A stretch of 64,000 bases of DNA from Octopus bimaculoides. Lineage: Eukaryota. The stretch covers positions 128,231,865 to 128,295,864 of the forward strand of contig NC_068984.1 in the NCBI RefSeq assembly GCF_001194135.2, in the 5' to 3' direction. Of the stretch, positions 25,833 through 38,400 are shown piece after piece. The position numbers were made by a program, and so were the translations under genes. Each line of letters begins with the position of its first letter. Positions within the stretch are counted from its first letter, which is position 1. The notes under the pieces are model-generated. The model searched no databases. It worked only from the letters and a program-made list of their open reading frames with translations, and was not told the origin of the DNA.

Positions 25833-28800
25833 GGTGCATAGCTGAGTGGTTAAGTTGTTGCACTCATGACTGCAAGATTGTGGTTTTGATTCTTGGGCCG
25901 GTGAAGTCTTATGTTCTTTAGTAAAACACTTTCATTTCATGTTGCTCCAGTTCAGTCAGCTGTAAATAGGTAACCTTGTATCAAACTGGCATTCCATTCA
26001 AGAGGAATGTTTGTATACCTACCTAGCCAACAGGGTGGTATCATTCAGAAGCTAAAACAACACAAGAAATCATACTGTGGCCAGCAGTAGATAACATCAG
26101 ATAGTCTGGTTGATATGGTGATATGGTGATATATATATATATATATATATCTTTTTAATTTTGCTTTTGGGAAACGTTTTGAATATGCAAATAAAGCTCC
26201 TATTCCATTATTCTGGTTACAGTCTAATGATGTCTGTGGAATGTTCAATTACCTAGATGCTAGCTAATCCAGGAGCAGGAAATTTAAGCTGGTTTCACAA
26301 CTGAATCCTCAGAGTCAAAAGATGGAAAGAGATTATCACACACACACACACCATCATCATTTAATGTCCATGTCCCATGCAGACATGGGTTGATCGAGAT
26401 AAATATGAGAGGGAAAAAAAAATTAAAAAACGAAAGAAAGAGCATGTTATATACAAATTTCTTTATGCACTTGAAGAGGTATACATGTCCCCCCGCCCAC
26501 ATATGCATGCACACATTAACATTGAGGAAGATGAATAAACAGTAAACAATTGCAACACAAAAACTTTTCCAATAAATGGAGGATTTGGTGTATTTTATTC
26601 AGTGAAAATCAGAACAACTCTAACACTGCTCTAGGCACTTCAACAGGGCCATATCAGGGCAATCTTAATATCAACCAGTATTTGATGCTAGACCCAGCAC
26701 TTTTGTACAAAATAAAGCTTCTATCATTTTTATATTTCCCCTGCCCCTCTCCCCCCTATTTTTCAAAGTTTTAAACCCATTTTTCCATTGCTATCATTCA
26801 TATGAGGAAATGGTTTTGTAAATGTAAACATTTATATATCGTTGGAGACTGAATTTACAACTTTGGTTTTTAGATAACACTTCTTTAATTTACAGTTGAC
26901 TGGATTAATGTCAGGAAGAGCATCTAATTGTAAACACACACACACATACATACATACACACATATAGAAAATACTTGATACAAATATTTAGATTTGCCAA
27001 AATCCATTTCAGTAATGTTAACATGGAGTGATGGATGTAAAACAGTAATACAATTAAAATAAATATAATTAATAATGCAAAGTTATAAATATGTATGGGC
27101 AGAGGTACGCATGTGTGTGTGCATGTATGTGTTTCTATGCATACATACACATACATATATATATATATATATATACATACATACATATATACATACATAC
27201 ATACATAGCGTGGCCGTTGCCAGTACCGCCTGACTGACCTTCGTGCGGGTGACACGTAAAAGCACCCACTACACTCTCTGAGTGGTTGGCGTTAGTAAGG
27301 GCATCCAGCTGTAGAAACTCTGCCAAATCAGATTGGAGCCTGGTGTAGCCATCTGGTTTCACCAGTCCTCAGTCAAATCGTCCAACCCATGCTAGCATGG
27401 AAAGCGGACGTTAAACGACGACGACGATATATGCATACATGTATGTATGTATTTGTGTGTATGTATATATACTCACACACACACATACATTTATATAAAG
27501 AGGTGATATATCTAAGTAATTAAGATATAATGAAAACTGAACTGTACCAAAGACAAATATGTAAAAGACAATAAACATAATTGTTTCTGATTTAGGCACA
27601 GGGCCAACAATTTTTAGAGAGAGCGGGTGTTAGTCGATGCCACAGACCTCAGTACTCAACCGGTACTTTATTTTATCAGCCCTAAAAGGTTGAAAGGCAA
27701 AGTTGACCCCAGCAGGATTTGAACCCAGAATGTAAAGAGCTGGAACAAACACTGCATAGTATTATTTTTTTTTTTTTTTCCCAATGTTCTAACGATTCTC
27801 CTAACTTGAACATAATGAAGTACAGTGTGCAAAATAAGAGTGAGAACAGAGAGAAATGTGTTTTGAAATAACCTGAATAACTGAGATAATAGAGAGAAAA
27901 GTCTAATGTTAAAGATGACAGAAATAAATGTGTGTCATTTGTGTATGCACACACACACACACAAGAATGAAGAGCATACAACTGGAAATGAACAAGTTGC
28001 TGATACAACCTAAGTGTATGCCAATACGTCCAAACATTCTTATTAACTAGAAACAATATTGATATTTTTTTATAAGAGGAAAAACAAAATGAAGATTTTG
28101 TTTTTTTATATAATATTAGTTCAAGCCATTAATTAACAAGGTTTATTTTTCTCTATGTTGGAAAGGTCAATGAAAACAATGAATAAAGTTCTCAAAAATA
28201 TATTTCCTTTTAGTAATAACAGTTGTAATATTGCAGAGGTATATAATAATCAAGAATATATTACTTAAGAAATAGTTTTGTTAATTTAGTAAGAGTGAAT
28301 AAGAGAGAATTTTAAAACAGCTGAATAGAAGGGAACTAAGTACATAGGCTTCTATCATAGGCACATGGCCACAGATTTTGCTGGAAGGTATAGTAAGGTT
28401 ATATTGACTCCAGTATTTGACTGGTATGTATTTCATCAAAGTTTGGAAGGCTGAAAGACAGTGCCGACCATAGCAGGATTTGAACCCAGGAGTAAGAATA
28501 ATAAGAACAATAGCAGTCAACTCTCTTAGAAACTTTTTAAAATCAAGAATAAAATATAACTGATTCAGCAAATAACTTATAGACAAACTTAGTAGCTAAT
28601 TAGAAACTCATTTTCTTTCAAACAAGTATTTTTGAAAAAAAAAAAAAAATCCCACAAGAAAATGTAGCTGAAATTTTGTACAATTATTGAAACAAAGGAT
28701 AAAAGAAATGAAGCAACTTTTGTAAATATTTATGAAACAAATTAATATAGAAGTTGGTCACATCATATCATTTTGTAACTTCATTTAGAAATGTGTTGTG

Positions 28801-29149
28801 GAACTCTATCAGATGTGGCGCAGTATGGTGGGTTGAATATACAGACAATGTCACCATGTGGAGGCCTGTATGTATGCACAATGTTGTGAACAGAATCCGT
28901 ATACACTTGGGTCATAGAATATACAACAAGTGAGTGACCTTCAGAGGGCTAAACAGTAAAGATGTTCACATAAAAACTGAATTAGGAAAGAGAGAGAGAT
29001 GAGAAGATCTTTTAACAGAGAAGCTGTCACAGTTATCAAGAAAACCCTCAACCAGAAGCAGTCATTGATAGTAGTAACAACTCAAAAAAAAAAAAAAAAA
29101 AAAAAAAAAAACTTGATTGGACTTTTCTCTCACAAAACACTGGAATTGA

Positions 29150-29155
29150 TTTATT
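29150..29155 (-). promoter_or_regulatory. Probable USO1 polyadenylation signal AATAAA
   Basis: About 230 nt after the stop, followed by a long U-run (plus-strand A run ~29085-29111); another AATAAA lies at 29351-29356. Confidence 0.5.
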
Positions 29156-29387
29156 GAACATTTTCTGATAGATGTTAGTGGAATATCACATTGTGTCCTT
29201 TTTGCTAAACAAACATCACATCGTTTGTGTGAGAGTTTAAATGTCTGTGAGTGAATGTGTTAAGTGAGGGGTAAAGTGAATCCTACTTTGATAATAAGAC
29301 AAACAGTTTTTAGAATGGATCAACTGGATCTCATGGAAGATTTTTTTTTTTTTATTAGTACAGTACATCATGGTATTTGCTGTTATA

Positions 29388-29483
29388 TCAAGAATCTTTA
29401 TCATCATCACTCTCATCAGGACCATATTCGAGATCAACAACATCGAGATCATCATCATCTTCGTCGTCGTCATCTTCAATAAC
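29388..29483 (-). CDS. USO1: USO1 last coding exon, acidic tail VIEDDDDEDDDDLDVVDLEYGPDESDDDKDS*
   Basis: Acceptor ctaacag; TGA at 29390-29388; acidic domain typical of p115. Confidence 0.93.
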   Translation of the reverse strand, partial: VIEDDDDEDDDDLDVVDLEYGPDESDDDKDS

Positions 29484-32400
29484 CTGTTAGATAAAAAAAA
29501 AACCAAAAAAAAAAACATCATTATTTCTTTTGGAAGGTAGAGTACATATGTGAATACAGTGGAATTATATGGAAGACCAAAATAAAAGATGAACCACTGG
29601 TATGGTACCTTGTGTTGATATATAATTCACTATTTACTATGGGAAGCAATGCCTTGTTTAAGTCATGTACCACCTACTGTAGAATATGATACCTTATGTC
29701 AATATACAGGGTGTCCACAAAGTCTGGGTACATGAGGATTAACACATACTTTAAGAAATTATTATTTCTTATATTAAATTGTTTATGTTATGATTTTATT
29801 TACTCCATGTACCCAGACTTTGTGGACACCCTGTATAATGTAGTACCTACTGTGTCATCTACTGTAGACTATGAGACCTTGTCTCAGTATGTAATGTAAC
29901 TTACAGTGGAATGTGGTAGCTTTGTATCAGTATAGAGTTTATCACCTCCCATAAAATACAGTATCTTGTCACATTGTTAGATTACTGGATGAAATGTCTT
30001 GCTGTAATCATTTTGGCATTGTGCGTTCTGAGTTCATATCCCAGTGAGGTCACCTCTGCCAGTTATTCTTCTAGGGTCAACAAATAAAGTACCAGTTTAA
30101 TACCATGGACTGGTGAAATTGTTAGGTACCTCGTGGTATTTGTTCTGAGTTTAAGTTTAAATCCTTCCATGGCCTACTTGGGTGGTAGACTTAATCCACT
30201 GCCATCACCTGGTCGTTGAGTGTTTTTAGCTGTGGTAAGTATTTGAGCCAGATCTCTGATTTAAGGATACCTGCTTCTCCTCCCATCAGAGACTCTGTAA
30301 AAAGTCATGGCCATTACCCTTCCTCCCTAATAAGCAATGAATAAAAGAAAGTATATAATATATCATCTACTGCAGAATATGGTGCCTGGTTTCAGTATAT
30401 ACTGTATCACCTATAGTACAATATGGTAACCCTTTACAATATCCAGTGCACCAGCTACAGTAGAATATGGTACCATCTCTCTGTATGTGGTGTAATATAT
30501 TTAAATAAGTTATCACAGTTCTCCGGAATCAGTTACACAAAAATTGACTCTGATTTCTATAATTTTCAAATGGAAATAATTAAAAGAAAATTTAACGGAA
30601 AAAAGAAGATTGTTTTAAAGCATAAATAATTTTATATAAGTAAATGAACAGTTATCTCAACAAGAAATTTGACTTACACATCCAAGCTGTTTTAATTTCT
30701 CTTTGTATTCTTCAATTTTGCCATCTTGCTCAGATAGCAGCACCAAAAGATCATCCTGTTCCTTCTTCAGTGATTCAGTATCAGCCAATACATTAGCCTT
30801 TTCAGTATTTAGTGCAGTTTTCTCCTCTTCTAATTTCTGAAAATAGACATACATTGCATACTGTTAAAGGAAAACTGTATCACTATATCACATACAACAA
30901 AGCATTGATTCTATACCAGAAAATATTTCTAGATGTGGCCTGAAATAATTATCGGGTTATGATCCCAAGAGACAACATGCAGGACTAACAACTGAAAGAT
31001 TACAACTTTGTTTGAGATAAATCTCATTCAGCTTTGGTGAATGCACAGTTAGTTCCATATCACAACAGTATTCTATACAGTGCTATTGTATCAAGGTGTT
31101 GGTAGAATATTGGTTGCAATTAAACCAACAGAAAATTCATGCAGGCATCACTGAAACAATTTAAAACTGTATTACCAAAGTTTTATTAAAGCTTTTGGAA
31201 ATATGTTCACTTATTAGATGGTTATTCACGCACAGAACTAGGAGTGCTGACATTGTTCAAAGAATGTATCAAATGGAATTATTTCTAATTTTGAATGCTA
31301 TCTTCCCAACACCTTTTGCTATTTGTTCTTTCAATCAACATAGTGGTAATTTCATCATTCTACAGTTGCGTTTACCTCCTTAATCGTTGTGTGTGCAATA
31401 CATATCTTGCTCATCATTGATATGACATGGGCAAATTACCAGCCCTGATATATAGAGGTCCTTACATCATATGCTGCCTATCACTTCACATTTGTCCTTC
31501 TTTACCTCTTGAAATGGATACAAATTCTTTCATCTCCTTGACACTTTGTGAACAGAGTTATTCATTTTTCTATTCCTCTCTCTCTCTTTTTCTCTTACAG
31601 ACCTCAAGTGATAAGTAACTTGATGTATTTATGTGAGAGGTACATCAACCAGATATATATCACAGAAAGTATCTCACTTGTTTCAGCCATTTAGCATTCG
31701 TAAGAATGGCTATTCTACTAATATTAAACGTAGCAAGGTGTCATACTTTGATTTGATGTTGGCTACAATAAATATTCATGTGAATATGAAAAATTATACA
31801 TTGTTGAAATACAAACTGTCTCAAATTGATACTTATAATATATTATACCATTTACTTTTAACAGCTACATGGATTTAATCTATACAGTTGGTGCTTTTTC
31901 ATTTGTTTGATAAAAAAGACAATTTTAAAACCGGATTGAAAATAAAAACAAGAGTGCAAGATGCAGAGAAGATAGCAAGATGCAGACAAGACAGCACAAT
32001 GCAGAAAAGATGATATAAAAAGCATAACTAAGTGGAAAGCCAAGTAAATAGGACAAAAATATAATGTGCAGGAATATTAAACAAAGTAAAAACAACTAAC
32101 ATTCAGTGCACTGGACATAGTTATAGGCAGGGGAGGATGTGATAGACTATGAAAAATATATGAAGAATATCTGACTAAATCCTTTCCTCCTTTTCACTGA
32201 CGTATGTTCTCATTACTTATCACTATCTACAATAATAGTACTACCATCACTATTAGTCAAATCCTCATTGATTCTGTCAACTTAAGACAAAACGATCTCC
32301 TTGTAGAACACTACAAACATTTTCATTTATTTGTTGGTATACTTGTTGAATCCTCCTACAAATTTAAGCATTTTTATGAATTATTAGAGCAGTAAACCAT

Positions 32401-35400
32401 CCCTTCTGATTGCTCTCAATTATAAAATAAGAACTACTTATTTTTATATACAGAATTAAATAGAGCCAAAAAGCTTGTCAAAATGAATAACAATTTTTGC
32501 ATTAAGATTCCAGTTTGAACAGCACCTTTATATTCAATCTTTCAGACTTGGCTAGTTGAAGATATAGATATCTAAACTTAGATAAACAGTAGAAATGCAT
32601 TTGCTTAAAGGAGATTATTAGAAAAATCACGTTTGCTAACCTCATTGTCAAATTGTATTTTGTAACATCTCGATCTATGAATCTGACTATTTTCACATTT
32701 CTTATATTTTATAAAGTTCTTAGAATATAAATTATTTATCTATTTTTACTACCTACAAAATCAGTTTACATAAGGAATAAATACATTCAATTTAACCAAC
32801 TTCATTGTGTTAGAGGTACCTATTTCATTGACTCTGCAGAGAGGAAAGGAAAAACTACTTCCAATGAGATTTCAAAACAGTGAAGTACTGAACTACAACA
32901 TATAAATGTTCAGTATAATTTAGTCTGTTACCTTCACCACCTCTAGAAGAACAAATATTATTGAAAAATAAAGTGTGAGTTGAGGGAGAGAGAGATAAAA
33001 AAGAATGGTTAGTGAAAGATGGAAAACTGTAAAAACTATTTCAAGTTAGTAGGTTGAATTATAAACATAGCATATATGTAAATATATATGTATTTTATAC
33101 ACATATATGTTTGTTTCTATACACATACATGCATATGCAGGTAAAAACTAAAACTAAATGCTAGGCTAATAGAAAAGAGAGGATAGTTAACACAAAATCT
33201 GTTAATAAAACCACTCCTGAACATATTTCTCCAGTTTGTTCTCACCTTTATCTTATCCAAAAGTTTTAAATTTTCATCATTTGATTTTGTTAAACGTGTT
33301 TGTAAAGTAGCTTTTTCATTCTGCACTGTTTTAACTTGTTCATCGAGAGCAAGCAGTCTTTCTTCAGAGGCTGATGAAGTCTCATCCTTGCTTTCAGACT
33401 TCTGCAATGACATTTGGAACTGGAGGTGGAGCCAATGCAGGCAGCAACATACAGACATGGCACATTGACAAAATGAAGGTTTTGAAGAGAGACAAGCAAT
33501 AAATGTTTCCTAACCATACCATACGTACTGAGCAGAAGGAGAAGGGTAATAGAGGAGGATTTGTGAAAGTGAAGACAATAGCAACATTTATAGATACATG
33601 CATTCTGGAGCATTTTTTGTCAGACATGCAGACTGAAGAATGAATTACAAACAATTGTCTAGAATATTCAATCAAATCATAGATTCTGTCAAGATTCTGA
33701 TTCTAAAAAATAATTTCAGCTACATTTGTTTTTTGTATTTTGTTATACTTGAGTTGTACAGATTTGTAAATATTTGAAATCATATATGTGTGTGTGTGTA
33801 GAGAGAGAGAGATAGAGAGAGAGAGATAGAGAGAGAGAGATAGAGAGAGAGAGATAGAGAGAGAGAGTGTGTGTGTGTGTGTTTGTGTTCAGACAATATA
33901 TTCTTCAATCATCAATCATTGTCATGAAGTGGATCTGACTTCTCTTATTAAGTTTGGTGGGCAGAAAGAAACTGAAGTAAAAAACAAGTTAAAGTCTATT
34001 CCAAGTAAACCATATTTATATTTAATAGTGACCAAATCAAATACCAATAATGTTTCTCTTTTAACTCTAACAAACTGTCAAGGTAGTTAGGATATTTTCG
34101 TTTTTGTGAAATATTCCTACCATGGTTTTAAGGATGTTTGCATCTTAAGAATCTAAGTGTGTGCATGCACAAACATACATACACAATGCACAGAAACAAT
34201 AAAACTGATAATAGTTAGAATCAAATGTCACCATCATAATATCACTGTAGAGCAAGTGGTGTCCTTTATTTCTTTTATTCTGTGAAAACATGCCTCGTCA
34301 CAGGGAAATATCATCTTACTCTGAAATAGGTGAGGGTTGGCTGCAGGAAAGGCATTCAGCCGTAGAAAATCTACCTTGATGAATTCCATCCACTCCATGC
34401 AAGCAGGGAAAAGTGGACTATAAAAATGATGCTGATGTGTGAGTGTATGTTGGCAATATCAACATGGTTCTGTGGCATATGTAATAAAATTTATGACATT
34501 TAATCTTATTTAGACAATTACTACTATTATATATTATATAATATAAAAGGAATGACATTCACAAACTTCCAAACAACAACAATCATAATGTAACATTATC
34601 ACAAGGAAAGTAGAACAACAGAAAGATATGACATCACAACATATAAGAAGATATTAACATGAGCAAACCAACTTACCTCTAACATTTTCTCAAGCTGTTC
34701 CTTTTGTGAAAGTGTTGTTTTTATTTGTTCATCTTTCGCTGCAACCGTGTGCCGAAGTTCACTGAGTTCAGTAGATAACTGTTGGATACTAGCATGTAGT
34801 CGGGCTGTTTCCGTTGGACAGTTTTCTTTATTTTCTTCACTAGTTAACTCATTAAGATTTACACAAGCAGCTTTTGCCGCGATCAATTCAGCTAACTGAA
34901 AATCAAAGTTTTCAGATTATTCAAAATTACAGACAAATGAAACGTTCTTTTTCTCCACTATCACTTTGACTGATGCTGTTAGACAACATGTACACATCAC
35001 TCCAAATAGTTTTTAAAACTAAGAAGCCCCTAAAATTTAAAACAATTAAATTTTAGCAATGGCCATTACTTAGAAAAGTACTTATATAGATCATTTAGCA
35101 GTACCCATGTCAGCATGGAACATAAGATGTTACATGATGATATGCATGATGATAAATGGTTAGAATATTGAATATAAAATGGTTACTAACTTCAATCAAA
35201 AGACTAACGATTATTAATACAAAAATTAATTAGATTTTCAGAAACAAAATTAATTTTTCCCCATTTTATATCCATTTTTCTTTATAAGCATGAATGGGAT
35301 GGCTTTTGTAATTTTCAAAAATTTGAATATAGTTGATTTAACTCTTTTTTTTACAATTAAATAGCCTTGCTATCACAAACTGTAGGTTCAGTTGAGAAGA

Positions 35401-38400
35401 CTGAAGCACACAAAGCAATGTAACTTGCTTAGAGGTACAATAATGGTTATAGCAACATTTGAACTCGTGACCGTGTTGTTTAGTATCCTGACCTCACAGC
35501 TATTGTACCTCATCAGCTGATACTATCATATATATATCAGTAAAAACTATAATTCATCAAATATATGGAAAAAAATGCTAAAGAGATTGTATTACATTAC
35601 TATGGAGTAATACCAATATATACAACAACTCATGAAGCTTATCATTACCAGAAGTCAGTAATATCACAGAGTTAAACCAGTGTACTGAAGCACAAAATGG
35701 GGTTATACTATCACATCAAATTTCATTATGATGTTAAACTATCATATTACACTTTATACCATCATATCAGGTTACTCTCAAACTGTAAGCTTAGACTATT
35801 ACACTATGTACAAGGTTGGACTACAACACAATGTATGAGGTTAGACTGCCACACTATATATAAGATTATACTACTATTCTATGTATAAGGTTAGACTATC
35901 ATAATATGTATGAAGTTAGACTACCACCCTATGTATAAGGTTAGACTATGTATAAGGTTAGACTGCCATCCCAAAATATTACAATAAAAATGAAAGTTTA
36001 CTTACAGTTTGTTTCAGTTCATCATCTTTGGTTTTTAGCTTTGTTTGTAATGTTTCAATTTCTTGTTTTAATTGGGCTATTTCATTCTTACCATCTTGAC
36101 TTCCTATCAAACATGTTAAATGCAATGAGAAACGAGAATACAAGGAAGAAGGTGGTGGTAGTGGTGGTGGTGGTGATGAACGTAATGTGCAGGTAAATAT
36201 CACATCTTAAATCTATGAAACACCCCCACCTTCTTCCTTGTAAATTATTTCTTATTTCTTTATTGCTCACAAGGGGCTAAACATAGAGGGGATAAACAAG
36301 GACAAACAAAAGGATTAAGTCAATCACATCAACCCCAGTGTGTAACTGGTACTTAATTTATCGACCCTGAAAGGATGAAAGGCAAAGTCGACCTCAGCGG
36401 AATTTGAACTCAGAACGTAATGGCAGACGAAATACCGCTAAGCATTTCGCCTGGCGTGCTAACGATTCTGCCAGCTCGCCGCCTTGTAAATTATTTCTGG
36501 TGACAGATGACAGTTCTGTTGCTAATATTGGTGGGATGTAAGGCATCAAGTTGGCAGAATTGTTAGAACACCAGGCGCAATGCTTAGCAGCATTTTGTCC
36601 ATCTTTGTGTTCTGTGTTCAAATTTTATCAAGGTCGACTTGGCTTGTCATCCTTTCAAGGGTCAATAAAATAAGTACCAACTGTTACTGACCTACCCATT
36701 CCCCCAAAATTGCTGGCTGGGATGTAGAAAAGAATATCAGATCCTACACACCTATAAACATTTGTCAATAAGTTGAGACTGCAGTTGCTGGTATAAGAAA
36801 AAGGTGAACATAAGACAAACATGTTGTGTCATCTGCAATACAGACACTAACCAATGATCATACACCATATATATTTCCAGATGTATACACATATAACATG
36901 GCTATGGACAGGAATCTTTGGCATCCATGAATGAAGCTGCAACTCGCATAAGCACTAAGTAGGCAATGAGGAGTGAGCAGATTATCCTAACACAATGGCA
37001 CTTAATGAGATAGAGTTGAGTAAAAGGAAGTGCAAAAAGAATAAACTTATACTCTTTCTCTACTCTCTCTCTCTCTTTTACTTGTTTCAGTCATTTGACT
37101 GTGGCTATGCTGGAGCACCGCCTTTAGTCGAGCAAATCAACCCCAGGACTTATTCTTTGGAAGCCTAGTATTTATTCTATCGGTCTCTTTTGCCGAACCG
37201 CTAAGTTACAGGGACATAAACACACCAGCATCGGTTGTCAAGCGATGTTGGGGGGGACAAACACAGACACACAAACATATACACACACACATATATATAT
37301 ATACATATATATATGATGGGCTTCTTTCAGTTTCCATCTACCAAATCCACTCACAAGGCTTTGGTCAGCTCGAGGCTATAGTAGAAGACACTTGCCCAAG
37401 GTGCCACGCAGTGGGACTGAACCCGGAACCATGTGGTTGGTAAGCAAGCTACTTACCACACAGCCACTCCTGCGCCTATGTGAAAGTGGTTTGGGCATTT
37501 ATTCTAGTAAAACAGTTGTTCAACGCAGACCAAACTTCAATAGAGCAGAAAGGTTCCAACCATGACCATCACATCTTTATTTTAGACATAGTTATGACTC
37601 AGATTACATTATTTAATGTTCCTTCTATATTTTTAAGACAGCAGGGTATGCTTTGAGGGAGATTTGGCTATTTTTCCTGCAGAATGAGTACTATATTGAG
37701 GCTACCTGTTGGTTTGCATATTTACAGCTGTTCTCCTTGTTGGCATTATGCAGTAGCCAAGTAGTTAAAGAGTCCGTTATGGTACAGAAATCATGGATAT
37801 ATGGTCTACCACCAAAAGTAAAGTTAGACACAAGAAATTCCTCTGGTTTTTCTAGTTTCTTAGATAAGATTTATATCTTCGTAATTTTTTTGCTCAGTTG
37901 CAATCCTTCTCTCAGATACACTCTTATGACATTTAGTAGATCTTAGGCCACCATAACTATATTAGTCTTTCTTCAACAAGGCTCACATTTCATGCATTCT
38001 AGATGTGTGCTTGTATGTGTTTACTATAAGGCCAGTTTTACTAAGATAGTGGTAAATATAGTATAGTAGTATAATGCATATTATACAGTAAGGTCAGTGT
38101 TGATAACACAGAAGTTAGAACTGTATAATTTATGGTATATTATAATGTCACTGCTAGGAGTGGTGATAGTATATTCAACACTCTCAGTCTGTCCTACAAT
38201 GTGTAACCCCGTCTCTCAGTTTTACAATGTGTGTCCCTTTTCTTAGCCCCACAATGTGCACCTTCATCTCCCAGACATACACTGGGTGACCCAACACAAC
38301 ACAATATCACATAATAGGTGCAGGCATGGTCTTTGCTTCCAAACCTTGTGGCTTGGCTTTAGCCCCACTGCATGATACTTTGGTAAAATGTCTTCTACTT

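Noticed and set aside
8734-27599. Many ORF-track entries rich in YI/CV/HT/TTT/PPP repeats (and X-filled ORFs at N-gaps)
   Set aside because: They are translations of TA, CA and GGT microsatellites or assembly gaps, not genes
35700-35970. CRISPR-like periodicity
   Set aside because: Eukaryotic DNA; tandem units have no unique spacers, so this is a minisatellite
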